The notes under the pieces were generated by a model. It was given only the letters and a program-made list of their open reading frames with translations. It made no database searches and was not told the origin of the DNA. The translations under genes were made by a program, and so were the position numbers. A stretch of 64,000 bases of DNA, from the NCBI GenBank assembly GCA_023431205.1, contig JAEYXQ010000160.1:28658-92657 (forward strand). Direction: 5' to 3'. Below, piece by piece: positions 1 to 7,254 of the stretch. The stretch comes from Pseudomonadota bacterium (GTDB lineage: Bacteria > Pseudomonadota > Alphaproteobacteria > Rhizobiales > Devosiaceae). The number at the start of each line of letters is the position of its first letter. Position 1 is the first letter of the stretch.

Positions 1-1
1 C

Positions 2-304
2 GGCGCGGACGCTCGGCGCCAGTACGGTGAAGTTCGCAAGTTCCTCGGTCCTCTGGATACGGCCCGCCTGGAGTACGTGGTCATTGGAGAGTGGGGGCCC
101 ACGGCCTATGCCAAGTGGCGCAGCGGCGCCAAGAAGGCCAACTCACGACAGATCAGCGCGTACACCCTTGAGCTTCGAGTGATCGTCCTGCGACTGGCCA
201 AATTCTGGAACTTGGCGGGCTCGGTGAACGGCAGCAGGAAGGGCAGGGAATGGTCAGACGGAACGCGTGCAAAGCTCCCGTCGGCGCTTGACGACCCGGC
301 GTAG
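2..304 (+). CDS. C-terminal part of a phage protein (possibly late-gene regulator); start outside window
   Basis: Frame open from base 2 (GADARRQYGEVRKFLGPLDTARLEYVVIGEWG...) and followed by a terminator-like hairpin; function inferred only from position before the late genes. Confidence 0.5.
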   Translation, partial: GADARRQYGEVRKFLGPLDTARLEYVVIGEWGPTAYAKWRSGAKKANSRQISAYTLELRVIVLRLAKFWNLAGSVNGSRKGREWSDGTRAKLPSALDDPA

Positions 305-342
305 ATTATCTAGGTTTCTGTTAATTCGGCGCAGTGCGTCGC

Positions 343-370
343 GGGGCTCGCTTCGGCGGGCCTTTCCTTT
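343..370 (+). terminator. Rho-independent terminator-like hairpin
   Basis: GGCTCGC-TTCG-GCGGGCC followed by TTTCCTTT. Confidence 0.55.
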
Positions 371-455
371 GAGGCGCTAGTGCGGGCCTCAACCGTTGAC
401 TCGCGTAGCTTCCAAGATGGGCGTAGCCTCCTGCCTCTCGATAAAGGAGGACATC

Positions 456-839
456 ATGCCCACAAACGTGAAGGACCTGCTTGCAGCGGCCAACGCCGAG
501 GTTCCGAGAGTAACGCCAGACGAGGCTCAGCGGATGGTCGTTGATCAGAACGCTGTCATCGTCGACGTGCGGGACTTGCCTGAACTGCAATCCAGCGGAA
601 AGATCCCGGGCTCCGTCCACATACCGCGCGGAATGCTGGAGTTCCGGGCCGACCCGGACACCCAGTATCACAACACGAACCTGAGCAAGGATCGGCCAGT
701 CATACTGCACTGCGCATCCGGCGGCCGATCCGCGCTTGCAGGTCAGACCCTCAAGCAGATGGGGTACACGCAGGTGTACAACCTCGGCGGGTTCAAAGAC
801 TGGGTAGAGGCAGGCGGGGACGTCGAGAAGATAGAGTAG
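456..839 (+). CDS. Rhodanese-like domain protein
   Basis: IVDVRD...GKIPGS...HCASGGRS...LKQMGY..VYNLGGFKDW motifs; AAGGAGG RBS before ATG 456. Confidence 0.9.
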   Translation: MPTNVKDLLAAANAEVPRVTPDEAQRMVVDQNAVIVDVRDLPELQSSGKIPGSVHIPRGMLEFRADPDTQYHNTNLSKDRPVILHCASGGRSALAGQTLKQMGYTQVYNLGGFKDWVEAGGDVEKIE

Positions 840-895
840 TAGGTGGAGCGAAGGGGCCAGTGACACTGGGGCGGCTTGCGTCTTGTTGCCCCTCG

Positions 896-1180
896 CTACA
901 GTCTTGCGTTGATCCACTTCCAGACGTCTTCTTGAAGCCAGCCTTGGTGTTGCCCTTGCATCAACCTTGTGACGATCAGGCGATCGTTGCCATCCATTCG
1001 CGTGCGAAGGTCTGTGTCAATGCTGTCGGCAGAAGCGCTCGAGTTGATGAACCAGACTGAATCCAAGCCCTGATCCTTGATGTGTTCGTAGCGACTTAGG
1101 TGATCAATGAACGTCTGCCGAGCCTGTGCGTAGTTTGGTTTGGCGCGGTTCAGGTCCCAAGTTACCAAGTAAACAGCCAT
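896..1180 (-). CDS. Small Cas2/VapD-like ferredoxin-fold protein (stand-alone)
   Basis: 94 aa, N-terminal YLVTWDL strand and later DSVWFI and NDRLIV resemble phage Cas2-like small proteins; no cas1 or array nearby. Confidence 0.55.
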   Translation of the reverse strand: MAVYLVTWDLNRAKPNYAQARQTFIDHLSRYEHIKDQGLDSVWFINSSASADSIDTDLRTRMDGNDRLIVTRLMQGQHQGWLQEDVWKWINARL

Positions 1181-1192
1181 CTGCGGGGGCCT

Positions 1193-1354
1193 CTATTTGC
1201 GTGATGGCTTTGGGGGTGGCGGAGCGGGCTTTGGTGGCGGTGGGCTAGGTGGCCTGGTAGCGCCGGTCTGGCCCCGATTGCCACTGTCATTGACATGGCC
1301 CTTACTTTCGGTCGGTGATCCTTTTGGCTGAAAGAAGTATTCGGAATGCATCAT
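1193..1354 (-). CDS. Small proline-rich peptide (hypothetical)
   Basis: ORF ends RPPSPPPPKPAPPPPKPSRK just upstream of the Cas2-like gene; ATG at 1354. Confidence 0.4.
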   Translation of the reverse strand: MMHSEYFFQPKGSPTESKGHVNDSGNRGQTGATRPPSPPPPKPAPPPPKPSRK

Positions 1355-1894
1355 ATGGCCACGCCCCCTGACGACCAAAACAAGCTGCGCTTGATAAACG
1401 AGACGATGCGTCAGGCAGAGTCAAGACTTGGCGCGCAGTTGACAGCAGCATTGGCCGCTGACGCTCGGGCGATGCAATTCATATCCTTCATTGCAGCGAT
1501 CACTGTATTCCTGATCAGCGTTGCACTCGCCGCTCTTGAAGTGACGGGCTGGCCTCTAGAGATCTCCGCAGTGGCCGGGGTTGGCGTCCTTGGCTTCATC
1601 CTTGCTGGCCGGCACGCATACGAGGCTGCTAAGCCGGTGCCCTTCGAGTTCGTGGGAGGCTATCCTTCGGCATGGTTGTCCGACATTGAGCAAGACAAGC
1701 CACTCACGGACGCGCTCCTAGAGCAACTGGACCTTTACGAAGGCATGTTGCAGAAGAACCGGGCATCCATGGAGGCAGCCAGCAGTGCACTAAGACGTGC
1801 GGCCACAACCATCGGGGTCACCCTGTTAATCTGCGGGATAATGGCCGCGGCGCTATGGGTGAGCCGATTGGTGGCAGCAATGCCAGCTCACTAG
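1355..1894 (+). CDS. Hypothetical membrane protein (about 3 TM)
   Basis: Two N-terminal and one C-terminal hydrophobic segments; ORF track 1346..1894. Confidence 0.7.
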   Translation: MATPPDDQNKLRLINETMRQAESRLGAQLTAALAADARAMQFISFIAAITVFLISVALAALEVTGWPLEISAVAGVGVLGFILAGRHAYEAAKPVPFEFVGGYPSAWLSDIEQDKPLTDALLEQLDLYEGMLQKNRASMEAASSALRRAATTIGVTLLICGIMAAALWVSRLVAAMPAH

Positions 1895-1900
1895 CGACTA

Positions 1901-2053
1901 GTGCCCAGCAAGCCGCCTCTGCATAGGCCGTCCGGTCAGAAGACCCGCGCCGAGCAGCGTCGTGCCTACGATCGCCGGCGTGACGAGCAACCCTGGCGCC
2001 GCTGGTACAAGACAGCAGCCTGGCAACCTATGCAGAGTACCCCGGTAGAGTAG
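1901..2053 (+). pseudogene. Truncated phage HNH endonuclease (N-terminus only)
   Basis: GTG 1901 reads MPSKPPLHRPSGQKTRAEQRRAYDRRRDEQPWRRWYKTAAWQ, typical of terminase-associated HNH N-termini, then stops before any CxxC/HNH motif where the opposing gene ends. Confidence 0.7.
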
Positions 2054-3017
2054 ACACGAAACTTCTGAGACCAACTAGTGACGGATTGAAGAGGTTCTCG
2101 ACCACTATATTTCCCACCAGCATGCCCCCCGCCGCGATCATGATTGTTGGGACGATACGCCAGTCATCATAGGCGGCGACTACGGACATGGTCAGGATCG
2201 CGTACACTACTGCGTAGGTAACGTAGTTGCCGTTGGACCAAAGCTGTATGGCGGCCACACCCACCACGGCGCCAGAGGCGACCACGAAGACGAGCACGTA
2301 CACTAGAGATACAGCATCGTAGAACAGCCGGAAGTCGTCTTTCCGGAGGCTTGCTTGTTGCCTTCGCCCAATCCAAAGATGCAGGTGCTTGTAACCCTGT
2401 GCGGCTCCGGTCGTGAGTCCAGCTGCCACTGCTGCCAGCAGAAACACTTCCAGAATGGATCTCAGGAAGAACTTGATCATCGGACCAAACCAGACGGCCC
2501 AGAGAGCCATCGTCGATATGAAGGTGATCAATCCAGCAGTGATACGTACTTGAGTTCGAAAGCGAGTTCCTCGGACAGGAAGTAACGGACCTTCTCTTTC
2601 GGCCTCGACGATCCTCGACGCGCGGTATTTTTCTGCGCCCCGCAATACGAACGGCCCGAGGAAGATTACGAATCCATATAGATAGCCGAGTTCCTGCCTA
2701 AAAACCCAACGTAGCCAAATCGGCAGCACCAAGTGCAGAAATGCGAAGGGCGCTATGATGACCTCTCGGAGCAGATAGAACAGCTCGAGATAATTGAAGT
2801 CCAGGTTCAGTATCTCGCCGAGGTGAAACGCAACGCTGCAAGCACCACCGAAGCCGCACCCTAGAGAAATGAGCCAGCGTCGGATGGAGCCAAGCTGCAG
2901 TTCGTCTGCTAACTCGTATAGAAACCTGACCCACACAGCTCGTGAGGCGAGGGAGCGCCACCGTGAAGATGGCCGTCCTGCTCTGACATTCAGTCCTGGA
3001 GTAAGGTCCACAGCCAA
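2028..3017 (-). CDS. Multi-pass membrane protein of unknown function (moron)
   Basis: 329 aa, many hydrophobic segments, lower GC than flanking phage genes; start uncertain (TTG 3017 or GTG 3011). Confidence 0.7.
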   Translation of the reverse strand: MAVDLTPGLNVRAGRPSSRWRSLASRAVWVRFLYELADELQLGSIRRWLISLGCGFGGACSVAFHLGEILNLDFNYLELFYLLREVIIAPFAFLHLVLPIWLRWVFRQELGYLYGFVIFLGPFVLRGAEKYRASRIVEAEREGPLLPVRGTRFRTQVRITAGLITFISTMALWAVWFGPMIKFFLRSILEVFLLAAVAAGLTTGAAQGYKHLHLWIGRRQQASLRKDDFRLFYDAVSLVYVLVFVVASGAVVGVAAIQLWSNGNYVTYAVVYAILTMSVVAAYDDWRIVPTIMIAAGGMLVGNIVVENLFNPSLVGLRSFVSTLPGYSA

Positions 3018-3112
3018 TAAAGTCCCGCTGTGAGAATTGCAGCAATCATCCCGTATTCAATGATCGTCGCGCCATCTTCATCCCGCAAGAACCGTTTGAA
3101 AGTGTGTTGCAC
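2990..3112 (-). CDS. Short Flp/Fap (type IVb/Tad) pilin-like peptide, 40 aa
   Basis: GTG 3112 with GGAGGGG RBS; translation MQHTFKRFLRDEDG-ATIIEYGMIAAILTAGLYWLWTLLQD has the Flp leader and cleavage motif; below the ORF-track cutoff. Confidence 0.8.
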   Translation of the reverse strand: MQHTFKRFLRDEDGATIIEYGMIAAILTAGLYWLWTLLQD

Positions 3113-3245
3113 CTAGCCCCTCCCCCATGGGTCGACAGTGAGTCAATCAAACACACCGACCCTACCGGCGCAACGCTCGAGCCAGAGCTGTCGTCAGTAC
3201 GCCTTCCGCTGCTTGACGAGCGAGGATTGAAAAGTCACCACGCCA

Positions 3246-3860
3246 ATGTCTCTTGAGCAGCAGAGCCGCGCCATCCAGCAGAAGGTGCATCGCAACCTCA
3301 CCTTCGGCATAGCCCGCGGTCTGACCAAGACAGCTCAGTTCGCCGCGGAGAAGATGCAGCAACAGCTGCCGCAGATCTTCGATAGGCCGACCCCGTTCAC
3401 GCAGCGCGCCATCGGCTTCGCGCCGGCGACGAAGTCGAAGCTCGAGGCGCGGGTCTTCGTCCGTGACCGTCAGGCACAGTACCTGGAGATGCAGGAGCGC
3501 GGCGGCCAGCGCACCCCGAAGCCGGGCAGCCCAATCAACGTTCCGGTCGCCCAGCGGCTGAACCAGTACGGCAACATCGCCCGCGGTGCGATCGGACGGC
3601 AGCGGGCCAAGCCCGACGTCTTCGTCTCGAAAGGCAAGGGCAAGACGAAGCACCTGCCGCCTGGCCTGTACCAGCGCACTGCAAAAGGCAGGGGGAGGAA
3701 GCGTAGGGCTGGCCCGCTCAAGATGCTCATCGCCTTCGAGCGCAAAGCCATCTACCGGCCTCAGTTCAGGTTCGGCGAGCGGGTGAGCAAGATCGCAAGG
3801 GCGAATGTCAAGCAGCAGATCGCGGCCAGCATAGCCGAAGCAATGCGGACGATGAGGTGA
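3246..3860 (+). CDS. Phage virion morphogenesis protein (gpZ/neck-completion-like)
   Basis: Basic 204 aa protein with FDRPTPFT motif seen in lambdoid prophage genes near the terminase. Confidence 0.6.
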   Translation: MSLEQQSRAIQQKVHRNLTFGIARGLTKTAQFAAEKMQQQLPQIFDRPTPFTQRAIGFAPATKSKLEARVFVRDRQAQYLEMQERGGQRTPKPGSPINVPVAQRLNQYGNIARGAIGRQRAKPDVFVSKGKGKTKHLPPGLYQRTAKGRGRKRRAGPLKMLIAFERKAIYRPQFRFGERVSKIARANVKQQIAASIAEAMRTMR

Positions 3861-3875
3861 AAGGATCGCAGCCCG

Positions 3876-4076
3876 ATGGAGAGATCGAGAACCATCAGTT
3901 GGGACGAGTTTATCGTTCGCATGAAGGCGAACCCCGAGTTCTTCCGCGTGGCTAAGCCCCCGGTGTCTGACGCCCTGTCGTTCTTGCTCGACCGGTACGG
4001 CGACCGCGTCGCTGTTATCGAGATCGAGCGTGGCAACGGCGATCTTCGGAGTATCGAAAGGGTGGAGTTCAAGTGA
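3876..4076 (+). CDS. Small hypothetical phage protein
   Basis: 66 aa ORF, coupled to next gene by GTGA overlap. Confidence 0.5.
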   Translation: MERSRTISWDEFIVRMKANPEFFRVAKPPVSDALSFLLDRYGDRVAVIEIERGNGDLRSIERVEFK

Positions 4077-4321
4077 GGATTTCCAGCAACCCTGACGACC
4101 CTGGCTACGACGAGTGGCTCGGTTTGGGCAGGAGAGTGACGATCCTCCTTGATGGGGTAGAGCAATCGAATTGCACCGTAGCGGATGAGGAGATCGGCGA
4201 GGTAGTTCGGTGTGTCCCCGATGCAAATGGACGGCCTCAACTGGACCCCGACAGGCCTGACGAGATATTGGTCGAGAAGGTGACTGGCAAAGTCCAGATA
4301 CGGGTTCACGATGATGACTGA
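4073..4321 (+). CDS. Small hypothetical phage protein
   Basis: 82 aa ORF with GGAG RBS, coupled overlaps. Confidence 0.6.
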   Translation: MRISSNPDDPGYDEWLGLGRRVTILLDGVEQSNCTVADEEIGEVVRCVPDANGRPQLDPDRPDEILVEKVTGKVQIRVHDDD

Positions 4322-4541
4322 TGAGAAGCCCGACGCCTTCTTGAAACTTGTGCCGCAATCGAAGGGCCGCAAGCGCTTATTCAAAATCCCCATGAGCGCC
4401 GAAGCTCTCCGCTTTTTCGAGAGCAAAGGCATGCCCAAGGTGAGGGAAGGCGACATCCTTAGCGAAACCCGAGCTATGCAGTGGCTATCCAACAATCTGC
4501 TCCGAGTGTTGGCAGAGAACGTGTCTCCTCGCGCGCGGTAG
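4311..4541 (+). CDS. Small hypothetical phage protein
   Basis: 76 aa ORF overlapping previous stop. Confidence 0.45.
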   Translation: MMTDEKPDAFLKLVPQSKGRKRLFKIPMSAEALRFFESKGMPKVREGDILSETRAMQWLSNNLLRVLAENVSPRAR

Positions 4542-4552
4542 CTCCAAGCTAA

Positions 4553-4630
4553 GACCGGGCGGGGCCCCTATGGTCCTGTTCCTATGCGGGTAATTCGGCA
4601 CCGCGTCATCGTTCTAGGCGCCGGGTGCCA
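4553..4630. other. Candidate cos/packaging initiation region
   Basis: Non-coding GC-rich stretch (GGGCGGGGCCCCTATGGTCCTG...TATGCGGGTAATTCGGCACCGCG) directly upstream of terS, where lambda-like cos lies. Confidence 0.4.
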
Positions 4631-4646
4631 TAGGGGGTTCAGCAGC

Positions 4647-5144
4647 ATGGCAACAGTGGCTGAAGCAGCAGACCACCTGTTTCTCAGCGAGCGCCGCTTT
4701 TACGAGCTGCTCGACCAAGGCGTCGTCGATCGGGCGCCGCCTGGTGGGTATGACCTCGATGTCGTCCGTGAGCAGTACTTGGAACACATCCGCGGCGTTG
4801 CTGCCGGCAGAACCTCTGGCGAGGACGGACTGGACCTGACGGCGGAACGCGCCCGCCTGGCCAAAGAGCAGGCCGACGCTCTCGAGATGAAGAATGCCCG
4901 GGAGCGCGGTGAGCTGCTGCCACGGGACGACGTCCACCTTTCAGTCACCGAGGCTTTCACCCGGGTCCGGGCGAAGCTGCTGGCGCTGCCGTCAAAGCTG
5001 GCGCCGACGGTCTTCGGGCTCAACAGCATCGCCGAGGTGCGGGACAAGATCACGAATGGCGTCACGGAAGCGCTCGCAGAACTCAGCGGCACAACAGTCG
5101 CGGGAGTATCTGCACCTGACGACCAAGAACACTGCGGTTCTTGA
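4647..5144 (+). CDS. Terminase small subunit (Nu1-like)
   Basis: N-terminal winged HTH (TVAEAADHLFLSERR...YDL), ERARLAKEQAD..EMKNARERGELL coiled coil; precedes large subunit. Confidence 0.9.
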   Translation: MATVAEAADHLFLSERRFYELLDQGVVDRAPPGGYDLDVVREQYLEHIRGVAAGRTSGEDGLDLTAERARLAKEQADALEMKNARERGELLPRDDVHLSVTEAFTRVRAKLLALPSKLAPTVFGLNSIAEVRDKITNGVTEALAELSGTTVAGVSAPDDQEHCGS

Positions 5145-7029
5145 GGCGGCACAGGACTGGTGGGGCGTCCTCGCTCCGCCGCCGACGCTGACTGTCAGCC
5201 AATGGGCTGATCGGGAGCGCCGACTGAGCCCAGAGGCCAGCGCCGAGCCGGGTATCTGGGACACGAGCCGTGCCGAGTATCAGCGCGGCATCATGGACGC
5301 GTTTTGCGATCCGGCCGTGCATACCGTTGTGGTGATGTCATCGGCACAGGTGGGCAAGACGGAGATCCTCAACAACATCGTCGGTTACCATATCGACCAG
5401 GACCCCAGCCCGACGCTGATCCTGCAGCCGACCATCGAGATGGCGCAGACCTGGTCCAAGGACCGGTTGGCGCCGATGCTGCGAGATACCCCCGCCCTGA
5501 GCGGCAAGGTGTCGGACGTGCGATCTCGGGATGGCAAGAACACCATCCTGCACAAGTCGTTCGATGGCGGTCACATCACCATGGCCGGGGCGAACAGCGC
5601 GGCGTCTCTGGCATCGCGGCCCATCCGCATCGTGCTCTGTGATGAGGTGGACAGGTATCCGCCATCGGCGGGCACGGAAGGTGACCCGATCTCGCTGGCG
5701 CGCAAGCGCTCGACGACATTCTGGAACCGCAAGATCGGGCTGTTCTCGACGCCCACGGTGAAGGCTGTGTCGCGCATCGAGGCGGCGTTCACCGAGAGCG
5801 ACCAGCGGCGCTTCTGGGTGCCTTGCCCACACTGCGGCGAGTTGCAGGTGCTGCGTTGGTCGCAGGTGCGCTGGGACGACGGCAAGCCGGAGACGGCGGC
5901 CTACCTGTGCGCATCTGACGAGTGCGGCGTGTTCTGGACGGACGGCGAGCGCTGGCAGGCTATCCGCCGCGGTGAGTGGCGAGCCGAGGGTGGTTTTACC
6001 GGTGTGGCCGGCTTCCACCTATCGGAGCTCTATTCGCCATGGGTTCGCCTCGCTGACACGGCGCGGGCTTTCATTGAGGCGAAGGGTAACCCCGAGCGGC
6101 TCAAAACTTGGGTGAACACCTCGCTGGGTGAGACCTGGGAGGAACGCGGCGAGGAAGTCGACCTGCACGCGATGCAGGAACGGGCGCGGACTGAGGGCTG
6201 GCGCTCGAAGGTGGACGGCGGCGACGATCTGCTTCCTGCACCTGCTGGCGTGCTGGTCATTACCTGCGGCGTCGACGTTCAGGGCGACCGCCTCGAGGTG
6301 GAGCGGGTTGGCTGGGGCGTCGATGACGAATCCTGGTCTCTCGACCACCAGGTCATCTACGGCGATCCATCTGGCCCGGATGTGTGGGCGGATCTCGACG
6401 AGTACCTGCTGACGCCGACCCGAACCGAGGATGGCCGGCAACTGATGGTAGCGGCGACGGCGATCGACTCCGGGGGCCACTACACCGACGCGGTCTACAA
6501 CTTCGTGCGGGATAAGAGCCGCCGCCGTGTCTGGGCCATCAAGGGTCAGGCGGGCGAGGGCAAGCCGGTATGGCCGAAGCTCGCCAGCAAGAACAACAAG
6601 GGCCGCATCGCCCTGTTCAACATCGGCGTCGATAGCGCCAAGGACATCATCTACGGGCGCCTCAAGATCGAAACGCCTGGCCCCGGCTACTGCCATTTCC
6701 CAACGGATCGGGACGGGGCCTATTTCGAGCAGCTGACATCGGAAACGGTGGTCACTCGCTACGTGAAGGGTTTCCCGGTGCGCTCCTGGGTGCCGAAGCC
6801 GAACACCCGGCAGGAAGCGCTCGACTGTCGCGTCTATGCCTTCGCTGCCCTGCGCTCGATGTCCATCAGCTGGGCGAAGGTGCAGCGCCTGCTGGCCGAG
6901 CAGCAGCGGGTTAAGCGGCAAGAGGAAGTCGTCGAAGAAGAAGTGGCACCGGCTCCGGCCGGCGCCGTGGTTGTGCAGCAGCGCGTCGCTCCGCGAAGGG
7001 TGGCGCGATCGTCTTTCCTGGGTCGATGA
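5110..7029 (+). CDS. Terminase large subunit (lambda gpA family)
   Basis: Walker A SAQVGKTE, Walker B LCDEVD, STPT, CPHC, GVDVQ nuclease motif, EALDC; start uncertain. Confidence 0.95.
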   Translation: MHLTTKNTAVLEAAQDWWGVLAPPPTLTVSQWADRERRLSPEASAEPGIWDTSRAEYQRGIMDAFCDPAVHTVVVMSSAQVGKTEILNNIVGYHIDQDPSPTLILQPTIEMAQTWSKDRLAPMLRDTPALSGKVSDVRSRDGKNTILHKSFDGGHITMAGANSAASLASRPIRIVLCDEVDRYPPSAGTEGDPISLARKRSTTFWNRKIGLFSTPTVKAVSRIEAAFTESDQRRFWVPCPHCGELQVLRWSQVRWDDGKPETAAYLCASDECGVFWTDGERWQAIRRGEWRAEGGFTGVAGFHLSELYSPWVRLADTARAFIEAKGNPERLKTWVNTSLGETWEERGEEVDLHAMQERARTEGWRSKVDGGDDLLPAPAGVLVITCGVDVQGDRLEVERVGWGVDDESWSLDHQVIYGDPSGPDVWADLDEYLLTPTRTEDGRQLMVAATAIDSGGHYTDAVYNFVRDKSRRRVWAIKGQAGEGKPVWPKLASKNNKGRIALFNIGVDSAKDIIYGRLKIETPGPGYCHFPTDRDGAYFEQLTSETVVTRYVKGFPVRSWVPKPNTRQEALDCRVYAFAALRSMSISWAKVQRLLAEQQRVKRQEEVVEEEVAPAPAGAVVVQQRVAPRRVARSSFLGR

Positions 7030-7038
7030 GGTTGGTGA

Positions 7039-7254
7039 ATGGCTTGGACGCAGACCGACATCGACAAGCTCAAGGCGGCAATCGCCCAGGGCGCGACCAA
7101 GGTGAAGTTCGCCGATCGTGAAGTGACTTACCGGAGCCTGGACGAGATGCGCGAAACCCTGCGGATCCTGCAGGCAGAGGTCGATGCTGCGGCGGGGCTG
7201 ACCCGCACCCGCGTGCGCCGCGTCCTGTTCGTTACCGGCAAGGGCCTGCTCTGA
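7039..7254 (+). CDS. Head-tail joining protein gpW-like
   Basis: 71 aa, LKAAIAQG...VTYRSLDEM; lies between terminase and portal. Confidence 0.9.
   Translation: MAWTQTDIDKLKAAIAQGATKVKFADREVTYRSLDEMRETLRILQAEVDAAAGLTRTRVRRVLFVTGKGLL

Noticed and set aside
840..1350. CRISPR-Cas locus suggested by the Cas2-like gene
   Set aside because: No repeat-spacer array, cas1 or other cas genes seen anywhere in the window.
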